DNA from: Nitrospira japonica
GTDB taxonomy: Bacteria > Nitrospirota > Thermodesulfovibrionia > UBA6902
NCBI GenBank assembly: GCA_020723105.1
Contig: DYJL01000006.1
Span: 64,689 to 128,688, forward strand
DNA length: 64,000 bases
Reading direction: 5' to 3'
Shown: positions 30,288 through 39,915 of the stretch, piece after piece
Numbering within the stretch: the first letter of the stretch is position 1
Layout: every line of letters begins with the position of its first letter
Made by a program: the position numbers and the translations under genes
The notes under the pieces: generated by a model
Databases searched by the model: none
Told to the model about the DNA's origin: nothing
Seen by the model: only the letters and a program-made list of their open reading frames with translations

Positions 30288-31298
30288 ATGAATAAAATAA
30301 ATTTCAAAAACATTTCCCGTTTTCTGTATCCTGTCTTCTGTATCCTGATTTCTGTTCTGATATTTACCGGCTGCGCCACAACAACAGATGTGAATAAGAC
30401 GCAGTATGATATCAATTTATTGAATACTGAAATCCGGGAGATAAAGGAGAAATTGTCTTCACAATCTCAGAAGGAAAAATTTGAGGCCCTTGACAGGCAA
30501 CAGCAGGAATTTCAAACTACGCAGGAAGCAACTGCCCGGTCCGTTTCTGATTTACTTATTCAGTTTCAGTCTCTCACTGCTGAATTCCATGTTTTGACAG
30601 GCCGTTTTGAAGAACTGCGGTATAATGCTGATAAGAATTCATCTGAGATAAAAGAAGAAAGAGAAAGATTCGCCGGGAAACTCAAAGGGATGGAGCTTGC
30701 AATTGATGATTTAAACAGGAAGATTTCCAGTGTAGAACAGACGGTGCTGTCAGTTCGCAAGGAGGAGACCAAAGCCGTTGAAGGTGATAAAAAGGCTGAA
30801 GAAATGAAGACAGCCGGTGCAGACCCGTCTGACGCAGGAGCAATGAAGCCTCAGGCCCCGGAAAAGAAAGAGCCGGAGAAAACAGAGGCCCAGAAAGAAG
30901 TTGCAAACTTGAATGTGAAGGACCTCTATCTGACCGGCTATCAGGCCTTCAAGGAAGGCAAGAATACAGAGGCCCGGGCGAAGCTCTTGTCGTTGCTTAA
31001 AGATTATCCGGAAAATGAATATTCTGACAATGCGCGCTTCTGGATTGCTGAAAGTTATTATAAAGATGAAAACTTTGAAGATGCGATTCTCGCTTACGAG
31101 GAATTACTGAAGAAAAATCCCAGGAGTGACAAGGCCGCAGGCGCCATGTGGAAACAGGGATTATCATTTTATGCGCTCAAGGATGAAAAGACCGGCAAGT
31201 TAATCTTTGAAAAACTTATAGAACAATTTCCGAATTCCGAACAGGCGCAGCTTGCAAAAAAGAAAATTGCTAAAAAACCTCCTTCAAAGAAAAAATAA
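30288..31298 (+). CDS. cpoB: Tol-Pal system protein CpoB/YbgF (coiled coil + TPR), lipoprotein
   Basis: Lipobox IFTGC, coiled-coil middle, C-terminal TPR repeats; terminal gene of the tol-pal cluster. Confidence 0.75.
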   Translation: MNKINFKNISRFLYPVFCILISVLIFTGCATTTDVNKTQYDINLLNTEIREIKEKLSSQSQKEKFEALDRQQQEFQTTQEATARSVSDLLIQFQSLTAEFHVLTGRFEELRYNADKNSSEIKEERERFAGKLKGMELAIDDLNRKISSVEQTVLSVRKEETKAVEGDKKAEEMKTAGADPSDAGAMKPQAPEKKEPEKTEAQKEVANLNVKDLYLTGYQAFKEGKNTEARAKLLSLLKDYPENEYSDNARFWIAESYYKDENFEDAILAYEELLKKNPRSDKAAGAMWKQGLSFYALKDEKTGKLIFEKLIEQFPNSEQAQLAKKKIAKKPPSKKK

Positions 31299-31358
31299 TT
31301 GAAGTGATGTATGCAGATATAATATCGTAAATTTCTTGTTTTATTTTTTCAGTTTTCA

Positions 31359-32348
31359 GTGTATACTTTATCCGAAATGCCAAAATACAGGATAGGATGC
31401 AGCGGATTTTTATATGATTCATGGAAGGGCGTTTTTTATCCGGAGGAGCTTCCGCATAGAAGGTGGCTGTCCTTCTATATGGAAAAATTAAATACCGTTG
31501 AGTTAAATGTCACCTTTTACAGACTTCTGAAAAAGGAGGCCTTTGAAAGATGGTATAAAGAAACCTCACCTGATTTTTTATTCTGTCTGAAAGGCAGCCG
31601 CTTTATAACGCATGTCAAAAAACTTAAGGATGTGGAGCTGCCTCTCTCGACATTTTTTAATGCAACGGCCCCTCTGCTTGAAAAGCTTGGTGTCATTCTC
31701 TGGCAATTGCCTCCGAATTTAAAACTTAATCTGAAAAATCTCGAAGATTTCATTGAAAATCTTAAACGCTATCCGGTCCGTCATGCCTTTGAATTCAGGC
31801 ATAAGAGCTGGCTTACAAAGAAAGTCATAAGTCTCCTGTCAGCCTCAAATATAGCTTTGTGCATGGCTGACTGGCCCGATTTCATTAACGATCTTCCGAT
31901 TACTGCTGACTTTGTGTATATCAGAAGACATGGCGAGGGTGGGAGTTATGCGACAAATTATACTACCGAACAATTGAAGAATGATGCGAAGCGTATAAAA
32001 GAATATCTGAAACAGGGCAAGGATGTGTACTTTTATTTTAATAATGACGCCTTCGCATATGCGCCCAAGAATGCGTTGGAACTGAGGGCCATTCTTGCAA
32101 GCACACTTCCTAAGGCTTTAACAGAGACTCCCAGGAAACAGGAAGTAAAAGTTGAAAGCAAAAAAACAGAGAAGAAAAAAACAGGAAAAAAGGAAATCAT
32201 AAAAAAGCCTGCAGTAAAGAAAAAAACCGTACGCGATATCTCACCCCGAAAAGCAGCTCCCAGAAAACCTGTGAAAAGCACTCCTCCAAAGAAGGCCCAA
32301 AAAACGGCAACAAAACCTGCCTCAAAAACAGCAAAGAAAAAAAGATAA
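31359..32348 (+). CDS. DUF72 (YecE-like) protein fused to a Lys/Pro/Ala-rich histone-H1-like C-terminal tail
   Basis: The N-terminal 250 aa has the residue pattern I recall for DUF72; the last 90 aa are KKTEKKKTGKK...PRKAAPRKPVKSTPPKKAQKTATKPASKTAKKKR. Confidence 0.65.
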   Translation: MYTLSEMPKYRIGCSGFLYDSWKGVFYPEELPHRRWLSFYMEKLNTVELNVTFYRLLKKEAFERWYKETSPDFLFCLKGSRFITHVKKLKDVELPLSTFFNATAPLLEKLGVILWQLPPNLKLNLKNLEDFIENLKRYPVRHAFEFRHKSWLTKKVISLLSASNIALCMADWPDFINDLPITADFVYIRRHGEGGSYATNYTTEQLKNDAKRIKEYLKQGKDVYFYFNNDAFAYAPKNALELRAILASTLPKALTETPRKQEVKVESKKTEKKKTGKKEIIKKPAVKKKTVRDISPRKAAPRKPVKSTPPKKAQKTATKPASKTAKKKR

Positions 32349-32354
32349 AAAAGC

Positions 32355-34979
32355 TTAACCTGTATTTTTAATTTTAATTTTTTCTTTCACGAATGCAAGC
32401 TCTTCTTCCCGGCTTTTAATTTGTCCTTCCAATCTGGCATCGAGAATTGCCGTAAATATTTTTTTGAAAAGAGGACCTGGCGTATATCCCATTTTCTGCA
32501 GGTCTTCTCCTTTAAGTTCAGGGCGGATTTTTCGTAATGTTGTCAGATAAAGCGAAACAGCTTTTTTCTGTTCCTTATGTTGAGCTTTTGCCATTGTAAA
32601 AAGAATGGTCTGTATATTGAGAGGATAGAGGATGTAGTAAATCTCTTTTTGAGAAGCATGTTGTAATTGTACGAGCGCTTTCTGCGAATGTTCAATTCCA
32701 TCTAAAGTCTCTTTGCTTATCTTTGGAGGCACATTAAGGCGCTGCAAGGCTTCCTTTCTTTCCTGAAGTGTCAGCTCTTCAATGAAGGCCATAAGAAAAA
32801 GATGGGCCTTGTTTACCTTTTCCTCAAAGAAAAGCAGGTTAAACCAGGCGAACGTCTCCTGTATGGATTCAAATGTCTCTTCAAGGGTTTTTGTCACTTT
32901 CAGGCAGGAGTGAATACATTTCAGCAGGCCGAGCTCTTCCAGCCTTTTCATGGCCCTGACAGGTTCTGTCTCAAGAAAGAGGAGGTCGAGTTCATCATAC
33001 ATCCTCGCACCTGACAGCCTGTCAAAGAGATTTATTCGTACAGCGGTTCTTATTAAATTTATTGTGTGCTTGCTTATTTTAAAGCCGAAGCGCTCTGAAA
33101 ACCTTATGGCCCTGAAGGCCCTCGTAGGGTCTTCTATAAAGCTGAGGTTGTGAAGTATCCTGATAGTCTTTTCCTTGATATCTCTCTGTCCGCCGAAAAA
33201 GTCAAACAATTGGCCGAACTTGTCAGGATTCAGTTTTATGGCCATTGTATTTATTGTGAAGTCTCTTCTGTACAGGTCTTTTTTTATTGAAGATGTTTCC
33301 ACAGTCGGCAGGGCTGCCGGCGATTCGTAATATTCCATCCTGGATGTTGCAATATCAAATTTGAAATAGTCTGTCAGCACTACGGCGGTCCCGAATCTTT
33401 TGTGGCTTTTTACCCGGGCCTGCAATTTTTTGCCGAGAGTATTTGCAAATGCAATCCCGTCTCCTTCAATCACAAGGTCTATATCAAGATTTGTTTCCCC
33501 CCGCAGAAGATCCCGCACAGAACCGCCGACGATATACGCTGAAAAGCCCAGCTCTTCTGCAACTTCGCCAGCAAGTTTAAGCAGGTTGAATATTTTCACA
33601 GGAAATCTGGATTTCATGGCAGATAAAAGATTTTTGCCTACCGAAGGCTTTTCAGATAATTTTTCATGTGTGCTTATACGGTCTTTTCTTAAAAGGCTTT
33701 CATACAAGGATCTCAAAAGATCTGTCCTCGTTATGGCTCCTACTATCCGATTATTTTCAATCACAGGCATAAACCTCTGGTTCTGCTCTATCATCAATGC
33801 TTCAATCTCACTCACGGGTGTGGCAGGTGTTGCTGTTAAAGCATCTGTCGTACAGAATTCTATAACTCTGCTTTTTCCAAAACCATGGAACAGGGCTTTT
33901 TCTACTTCCTCTCTGGATACAAGCCCGTAATAGGCATTTTGTTTAAGGACCGGCAGGACATTGACTTCATATCTCGTCAGATATTTTTCTGCAGTAGACA
34001 TGGTGCTGCTCCATGAAATGGTCTTCACAGGACTTGTCATTATGTCCTTTGCCGTTCTTGTAGGATGTATCTTGCTTTTCAAAATGCCAAGCAGTTTCTC
34101 TTCAGTTTCTTCAAGCGACATTTCCTTTACTGTTGCGGAAGAGGCCTGCGGATGCCCCCCGTCGCCAAATATGCGCAGTATTTCTGAAACATCAACCTCC
34201 GGTATGTGGCTTCTTGCAATTATCTGTATCTTGTCTTCCATGGACACAAGAAGAAAAACTGCGTCTGTGTCTTCCATGTCCCGGATTTTATGGGCCAGGG
34301 AGGCAATGTCTCCGATATAAGTATCCCTTGAAGCCCTGGCAATTTTAATCCTTACATCATGAATAACATAATCATCTGATGAATGTATTAATTCATTCAG
34401 AAGGTCTATTTCCTCCGGCCCGAGTTCTTTCGTAATAAAACTGGAAACTATATTCAGGTTTGCGCCTTTTTTGAGAAGATATGCGGCTGCGGTTATGTCC
34501 CGTACTGTAGTGGAAGAAAAAATAAGAGATCCTGTTTCCTCATAAATCCCCAGCATCAGTATTGTGGCTTCAACAGGAGAAACAAATATTTTGTCCTTCC
34601 GCAGCATCTCCGTAAATATTGTAGTTGTCGCTCCGGCAGTTTCAATAACTTCTTTCTGCCCTCTGATATCCTTTTCCGAAAACGGATGGTGATCGTATAT
34701 ATGGATTCTAAGCCCGGCTTTATTCAGAATCTCAGAAAACCTTCCTATCCTGTCGGGATTTTTGACATCAACCAGTATTAACCTTGTGATATTCTGAAGA
34801 CTTAAGTCTTTCAGTCTTCCAAACTCCAGGGTTATGTGCGATGTAGATAAAAAGTCACGAACGTTTTTCTCCTGCGAGCCCGGAAATACAAGGATTGCAT
34901 CAGGATAATATTTCTTTGCGGCAATCATTGACGCCAGCGCATCAAAATCAGCGTTAAAATGAGTTGTGATTACATCCAT
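32355..34979 (-). CDS. multidomain DHH/DHHA1 phosphoesterase - CBS pair - tRNA nucleotidyltransferase (CCA-adding/poly(A) polymerase family) protein
   Basis: 874 aa; N-terminal HFNADFDALAS...DHHP (DHH), CBS pair in the middle, GGSVRDLLRG...DIDLV nucleotidyltransferase head and HD-like C-terminus. Confidence 0.75.
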   Translation of the reverse strand: MDVITTHFNADFDALASMIAAKKYYPDAILVFPGSQEKNVRDFLSTSHITLEFGRLKDLSLQNITRLILVDVKNPDRIGRFSEILNKAGLRIHIYDHHPFSEKDIRGQKEVIETAGATTTIFTEMLRKDKIFVSPVEATILMLGIYEETGSLIFSSTTVRDITAAAYLLKKGANLNIVSSFITKELGPEEIDLLNELIHSSDDYVIHDVRIKIARASRDTYIGDIASLAHKIRDMEDTDAVFLLVSMEDKIQIIARSHIPEVDVSEILRIFGDGGHPQASSATVKEMSLEETEEKLLGILKSKIHPTRTAKDIMTSPVKTISWSSTMSTAEKYLTRYEVNVLPVLKQNAYYGLVSREEVEKALFHGFGKSRVIEFCTTDALTATPATPVSEIEALMIEQNQRFMPVIENNRIVGAITRTDLLRSLYESLLRKDRISTHEKLSEKPSVGKNLLSAMKSRFPVKIFNLLKLAGEVAEELGFSAYIVGGSVRDLLRGETNLDIDLVIEGDGIAFANTLGKKLQARVKSHKRFGTAVVLTDYFKFDIATSRMEYYESPAALPTVETSSIKKDLYRRDFTINTMAIKLNPDKFGQLFDFFGGQRDIKEKTIRILHNLSFIEDPTRAFRAIRFSERFGFKISKHTINLIRTAVRINLFDRLSGARMYDELDLLFLETEPVRAMKRLEELGLLKCIHSCLKVTKTLEETFESIQETFAWFNLLFFEEKVNKAHLFLMAFIEELTLQERKEALQRLNVPPKISKETLDGIEHSQKALVQLQHASQKEIYYILYPLNIQTILFTMAKAQHKEQKKAVSLYLTTLRKIRPELKGEDLQKMGYTPGPLFKKIFTAILDARLEGQIKSREEELAFVKEKIKIKNTG

Positions 34980-35127
34980 GCTGTAATTATATCTGAATTA
35001 AGCAATTTTGTAGTCGTAAGCAGAAGGTTTTCTGTGATGAAGCCGGAGCAGGCATATCGCACAATATGTTTTTGAGTTATGCCTGCTCCGAATGTGGGTT
35101 AAGGCAGAATACCAAAATATGACAAAC

Positions 35128-36699
35128 CTATGTCTGTTCCAGAAAGAGTTTAAGGGACTGGCTCCTTGCGGGATGTCTCAACTTTCTGAGGGCTTTTCCC
35201 TCAAGCTGCCGTATTCTTTCCCTGGTAACTCTAAACTGTTTTCCTACCTCTTCAAGCGTCTGGGAGACGCCGTCTCCGATTCCAAAACGTTTTTCTATGA
35301 TTTCAGCTTCTTTCTGGGAGAGAGTACTTATGACTTTCCGGACCTGCTCCTTCAGTTCCTGCTGAATCACACTGTCCAGCGGGATCAGGGAGGCCTTGTC
35401 TTCTATAAAATCTTCCAGATGGCTGTCCTCATCACTGCCTATTGGTGTTTCAAGTGAAATCGGCTCTTTGCATATCTTCATAATTTCCCGGACTTTTTCC
35501 AGCGGAAGCCTTATCCTTTTTGCTATTTCTTCTGCCCTCGGTTCCCTGCCGAATTCCTGAACAAGCTGTTTGGAAACATACGTCAGTCTGTTTATGGTTT
35601 CAATCATATGGACAGGAAGCCTTATAGTCCTGGCCTGGTCCGCAAGAGCCCGTGTTATCGCCTGCCTTATCCACCAGGTTGCATATGTGCTGAACTTATA
35701 TCCTCTTTTATAATCAAACTTCTCAACGGCCCTCATCAAGCCGATATTGCCCTCCTGTATAAGATCAAGCATGCTGAGTCCCCGGCCGATGTATTTTCTT
35801 GCAACGCTGATTACCAGTCTCAGATTTGCTTCGGTAAGCATTTTTTTGGCCTGAATAATTTCCTTTTCAGAGTCCTGAAAGAGTGTCAAAGATTTTTTAA
35901 CCTCTTCACCCTTGAGCCCCAATTCTGATTCCACTACAGTCAGTTCCATGTTCAGCCTCTTATATGTGCTGTAAAGAGCTTCACTTTCTTTGTGTTCCAT
36001 ATACGAAGCGGCCTGGGCCATAAATGCATTTTTGCTCTTCAGTTTGTATCCTGTAGTATTAAGTCTGATTAAGATATTATTGATCTCACTGGTTAAGTTT
36101 TCATGGAGGGCTGCCAGTTTTTTAAACTGGGCATAGAAACTATCAATGATATTATCTCTAAGATTCAAGGCATTTAACTTATCAATTATTTTCTGGTTAT
36201 TCTCCGACACTTTTATGCTAAATAACTCTCTTGATTTCCTGCTCGTTTTATTATCGTCAAGTTTTGCTTTACAGGAATTCAGCCTCTGGAAGAGGGTCTT
36301 TAAGGACTTGATGGTATCGAGAAGGTTTTCAACAAAATCTTTTTTCACTGAATCCGATACATCCTTGTCCATCGCGCAAATATTCTTTATGGACATCTTG
36401 TTTTCCTTTAAAAGGAAGGGCAGATATAATATCTGCTTTTTTGTAAAAGGGGCCGCAAAAATCACCTCTGACAATTTTTTCTTTCCCGCCTCGATCCTTT
36501 TTGCAATTTCAACTTCACCCTGTTTCGTAAGCAGGAAAAGCGTCTCCATTTCCCGAAGATAAATTTTTATCGGGTCATCCTGAGTGTAATAGAGGGATGG
36601 AGAGAAAGTCCTGCTTTCACGGGTAATACTGCCCAGCTCTTCTGTCACTTCCTCAGAATATGTGTTTTCCTGATCAGTGTACTCTAATGTTCCTTTCAT
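35128..36699 (-). CDS. rpoD: RNA polymerase sigma factor RpoD (sigma-70)
   Basis: 523 aa; regions 1.2-4 ([49 protein letters not shown], region 4 HTH). Confidence 0.9.
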   Translation of the reverse strand: MKGTLEYTDQENTYSEEVTEELGSITRESRTFSPSLYYTQDDPIKIYLREMETLFLLTKQGEVEIAKRIEAGKKKLSEVIFAAPFTKKQILYLPFLLKENKMSIKNICAMDKDVSDSVKKDFVENLLDTIKSLKTLFQRLNSCKAKLDDNKTSRKSRELFSIKVSENNQKIIDKLNALNLRDNIIDSFYAQFKKLAALHENLTSEINNILIRLNTTGYKLKSKNAFMAQAASYMEHKESEALYSTYKRLNMELTVVESELGLKGEEVKKSLTLFQDSEKEIIQAKKMLTEANLRLVISVARKYIGRGLSMLDLIQEGNIGLMRAVEKFDYKRGYKFSTYATWWIRQAITRALADQARTIRLPVHMIETINRLTYVSKQLVQEFGREPRAEEIAKRIRLPLEKVREIMKICKEPISLETPIGSDEDSHLEDFIEDKASLIPLDSVIQQELKEQVRKVISTLSQKEAEIIEKRFGIGDGVSQTLEEVGKQFRVTRERIRQLEGKALRKLRHPARSQSLKLFLEQT

Positions 36700-36946
36700 G
36701 GCCTTTTCCTCCTAAGAGATGCAAGATTTTCAATTTTGTAATTGTGTCTAATCTGGTGATTCCTGCATATATTTTGAAGCCGTCCCCTCCAAAAAAGTTT
36801 CTGCATTCATCTTTATGCTCCAAAACCCATATATCTTCCAGTGACTGGAGAATGACTGCCTCTGCCAGATTCATCAGGCCTTTTAAATCCTGGGCCCGGG
36901 AGCGGTTATTTGAGGATAACTTTTTCTGTATCATCTTTGTACTCAT
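36674..36946 (-). CDS. hypothetical 90-aa protein
   Basis: ORF overlapping the rpoD start by 26 nt; no motif recognised. Confidence 0.3.
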   Translation of the reverse strand: MSTKMIQKKLSSNNRSRAQDLKGLMNLAEAVILQSLEDIWVLEHKDECRNFFGGDGFKIYAGITRLDTITKLKILHLLGGKGHERNIRVH

Positions 36947-37238
36947 GAATAGTAAACTCCTTATTGTGTTTATTAGACAGATCTGAAAAAAGACAATGAG
37001 GCATATCTGTTAAAATCAAAGGGTTCTTCAGGCGAATTGATGTTAAATAGGCCTGTTCAACCAATTGCAGACATTTAAAGTCAATATGTGTCACTTTCTT
37101 AAAATTCAATACAGCCCGATCCATACTGTGTATCGCTCTCATCAGTATTAACTTCAGTTCGTCTTCGTAGTCCGAAGACAATTCACCTCTGAAAGTAAAT
37201 ATGCCTATTGTTCCATGCTGTTCAAATTTATATTCCAT
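36906..37238 (-). CDS. STAS-domain protein (anti-sigma-factor antagonist-like)
   Basis: 110 aa; hydrophobic pattern of SpoIIAA-like STAS (GEL...ILNFKKVTHIDFKCLQLV...). Confidence 0.45.
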   Translation of the reverse strand: MEYKFEQHGTIGIFTFRGELSSDYEDELKLILMRAIHSMDRAVLNFKKVTHIDFKCLQLVEQAYLTSIRLKNPLILTDMPHCLFSDLSNKHNKEFTIHEYKDDTEKVILK

Positions 37239-37263
37239 CTGTGCCTCATTCTTGCGTTGTAAG

Positions 37264-37470
37264 TTACGACAGGCATTGGGAACTTAATTTATTGTTGTGC
37301 TCTTTTTCCTTGTCTAAAATATTTTCCTTATATATTTCGCAGGCAGTGAAGTGCCTGCTGCAATAATGTATTGCGGGCCCTATATGCTTGCTATTCAGAT
37401 TCAAACAGTAACAATTATGAAAAGGGTTTTGTACAAAAGGACAAATTTTGTTTTTTCTTATATCAGACAT
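37264..37470 (-). CDS. small Cys/His-rich protein (68 aa)
   Basis: CPF...FHNCYC...HYCSRHF..CEIYKEN; shares the C...EIY.K C-terminal motif with the neighbouring ORF. Confidence 0.4.
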   Translation of the reverse strand: MSDIRKNKICPFVQNPFHNCYCLNLNSKHIGPAIHYCSRHFTACEIYKENILDKEKEHNNKLSSQCLS

Positions 37471-37603
37471 ATGGTATCTCTCTAAAGATCAGCTCAAACT
37501 GCTTAAACTGTTCAAATTGTTTTTTTGTTTCTTATCTACTCCCTACACCCTGCACGCCACTCCCTGTCTTTCAGCAACCTTTTAGAACAGAGTTCACCAT
37601 GAA

Positions 37604-37864
37604 TTACACCTTGTATTTGTTGTATATCTCTTTTCTTACAGGACAATTGCAGAGAAAGGAATATCCAAATCCCATTTTATAGTTACAGATGCCTCCTTTG
37701 TTTCCGGGTTTTATGAAATGTATTTTTTCCCCTGCAAAGTCTTCTATTTCACACAGGCAATCGCCTTCTCCTGATAAACAGGAAAAATTATCCCTGCATC
37801 TTGAAGCCCTTTTGAGAATGTCTTTATCTAATATAAATCTCATACTTCGTAACAACCTCTGCAA
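37604..37864 (-). CDS. small Cys-rich protein (86 aa)
   Basis: C-x6-C-x6-C-x-C (CRDNFSCLSGEGDCLC) then GICNY...CNCPVRKEIYNKYKV; probable paralogue of 37264-37470. Confidence 0.4.
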   Translation of the reverse strand: MQRLLRSMRFILDKDILKRASRCRDNFSCLSGEGDCLCEIEDFAGEKIHFIKPGNKGGICNYKMGFGYSFLCNCPVRKEIYNKYKV

Positions 37865-37948
37865 GATTTAAAATTTAACCAATAAAAAGTTGCTGAGAAA
37901 ATGTTAAAGCGTATTCTTATATAGAAAGAGTAGAACGAATATCTATTA

Positions 37949-37964
37949 ACAAGAAATGTGCCAG
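37949..37964 (-). promoter_or_regulatory. candidate sigma-54 (-24/-12) promoter for the small Cys-rich gene
   Basis: Minus-strand cTGGCACatttcTTGTt matches the TGGCAC-N5-TTGC consensus except that GT replaces the -12 GC; about 85 nt upstream of the start at 37864. Confidence 0.2.
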
Positions 37965-38158
37965 AAAAAGTGTAATATGGGAATACGGAAAAGTGTAGTT
38001 TTTATTACAGTAAGTATTCTATTACTGATGTCGAGTGAGGTTGTCAGGACGAATAATCCTGCAACATATTAATTAACCCCAGGAGTTTAAAAATTTCGAT
38101 GTGCTTAACTTGCTTCTGTATTTGATTTATGAATATTCTGAAGTTGGGAGGAGATTGT

Positions 38159-38210
38159 AACATGTCATGGTTTTGTGACAGGCACGACTTTGTGACATGT
38201 CATGGTTTTT
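38159..38210. promoter_or_regulatory. two copies of the palindromic motif tgacatgtca(tggtttt) spaced 34 bp apart
   Basis: aacatgtcatggttttgtgaca...tgtgacatgtcatggttttt at the 3' end of the sigma-54 regulator gene, about 200 bp upstream of the candidate sigma-54 promoter; could be a UAS or a terminator. Confidence 0.3.
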
Positions 38211-39915
38211 ATTTTAGTCTCTCTGTGACGATATTAAACTTATCAATTTTGCGGTAGATGGTTCTGACATTTACGCCTAACAGCCGTGCAGCTTTGGCTT
38301 TATTCCAGCCCGTTTTTTCAAGAGCCCTTAAAAGAGCTTCTGGCCCAATCTCATCTTCAGAAGGTAGAACAGGAATTTTATCATTGTAAAGATTCCTTAA
38401 GTTTTGCGGCAAATGTTCCATCGTAATAGTGTTCTGATGGCAAACAATAACGGCATGTTCAAGTGCATTTTCCATCTCTCTGATATTGCCGGGCCATGGG
38501 TAATCCATAAAAATTTTCTGTACATCCCCTGATACAGCATCAATGGTCTTATTCAATTTATTATTTAATTTTTGGAGGCTGTGCCTTATCAGAGAAGGGA
38601 TGTCGTCTGTTCTCTCCCTGAGAGGCGGCAGAAATAATTCCACAACTTTCAGGCGGTAATAAAGATCTTCCCTGAACCGGCCCTGTTTGACTTTCCTGTA
38701 AAGGTCCTGATTGGTGGCTGCAATAATGCGGACATCTACTTTTATTGGAATTGAGTCACCTACGCGTTCTATTATTTTTTCCTGAAGGACCCTCAGGAGT
38801 TTTAATTGCATTCCGGCGGGGATGTCTCCTATTTCATCAAGGAAAATAGTCCCGCCGTCCGCCCTCTCGAAGCGGCCTACCTTGTCCCTGTCTGCTCCGG
38901 TAAAGGCTCCTTTCACGTGTCCGAAAAGCTCACTCTCAAGCAGGGTTTCCGGTAACGCAGAGCAATTGACTTTTACAAGGTGCTGGCTGCTGCGTTTTCC
39001 GGTGTAATGAATGGCCTCGGCAACAAGTTCCTTGCCGGTTCCGCTTTCGCCTGTAATTAGTACGGTAGTTTGCACGTCAGCAAGGTCTTCAATGAGTCTG
39101 TAAATCTTCTGCATTCTGTTGTTTTGCCCGATGATATTCTGAAAGTGCTGCCGTTCTCCAAAACTTCGCTCAAGCTCATTTAAACGGGTTTCATCCCTTA
39201 TAATCATCACTGCACCTGAGAATTCACCAGGGCCTGCTATGAGGGGCGAGGTATTTACTGTGACGACCTGTTTAATGTGTTTATTGTGCCGGCATTCCAT
39301 GCGCTGCAGTTCAACGCTCTTTCTTAAAGCGATTGTATCTCTGAGGGCCTTAATGCAGTTTCCCGTACAATTAGTTGGTAATATATTAAAAGGTTTATCT
39401 ATTGCATTACGGTTAATGCCGCAAATGCTTCGTGCAGCATCATTGACTTCAATTACCACGAGGTCCTGGTCCACGGTAACAATGGCATCTTTAATACTCC
39501 TGAAGGTGGCCTCAAGATTCAGGCGGTATTTTTCTTTTTCCTCCTGAAGCGCCTTATGTTTTAATGCCATATGCGCCGTACGGACAAGCATTTCCTGCCG
39601 CACAGGTTTTGGGATATAATCGAAGGCGCCCATCCTGAGGGCTTCAGAGGCTGTTTCAACGTTTGGATATCCCGTAATCATAATTACAGGGCATTTAATG
39701 AACCGGCCCCGGATCTCTCTTAACAGGTCAATTCCAGAACGGTCTCCCAGAATAATATCTGCAAATATAATATCAAAGGTTATCTCGGATATTCTTGCAA
39801 GGGCTGCCTCAAAACCGTCAGCCGTAGTTACGGAAAACCCCTCCTCCGTAAGGAAGGTTTCAAAGGTAAACCTTATGCTCTCTTCATCGTCAATTACAAG
39901 AACTTTTGCATTCAT
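38209..39915 (-). CDS. sigma-54-dependent two-component response regulator (REC - Cys-motif PAS - AAA+ - Fis HTH)
   Basis: N-terminal receiver ([11 protein letters not shown]...D); PAS-like segment with C...NCTGNC; [28 protein letters not shown]; C-terminal HTH. Confidence 0.9.
   Translation of the reverse strand: MNAKVLVIDDEESIRFTFETFLTEEGFSVTTADGFEAALARISEITFDIIFADIILGDRSGIDLLREIRGRFIKCPVIMITGYPNVETASEALRMGAFDYIPKPVRQEMLVRTAHMALKHKALQEEKEKYRLNLEATFRSIKDAIVTVDQDLVVIEVNDAARSICGINRNAIDKPFNILPTNCTGNCIKALRDTIALRKSVELQRMECRHNKHIKQVVTVNTSPLIAGPGEFSGAVMIIRDETRLNELERSFGERQHFQNIIGQNNRMQKIYRLIEDLADVQTTVLITGESGTGKELVAEAIHYTGKRSSQHLVKVNCSALPETLLESELFGHVKGAFTGADRDKVGRFERADGGTIFLDEIGDIPAGMQLKLLRVLQEKIIERVGDSIPIKVDVRIIAATNQDLYRKVKQGRFREDLYYRLKVVELFLPPLRERTDDIPSLIRHSLQKLNNKLNKTIDAVSGDVQKIFMDYPWPGNIREMENALEHAVIVCHQNTITMEHLPQNLRNLYNDKIPVLPSEDEIGPEALLRALEKTGWNKAKAARLLGVNVRTIYRKIDKFNIVTERLK

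Noticed and set aside
33400-33930. 176-aa plus-strand ORF
   Set aside because: Antisense of the CCA/CBS multidomain gene.
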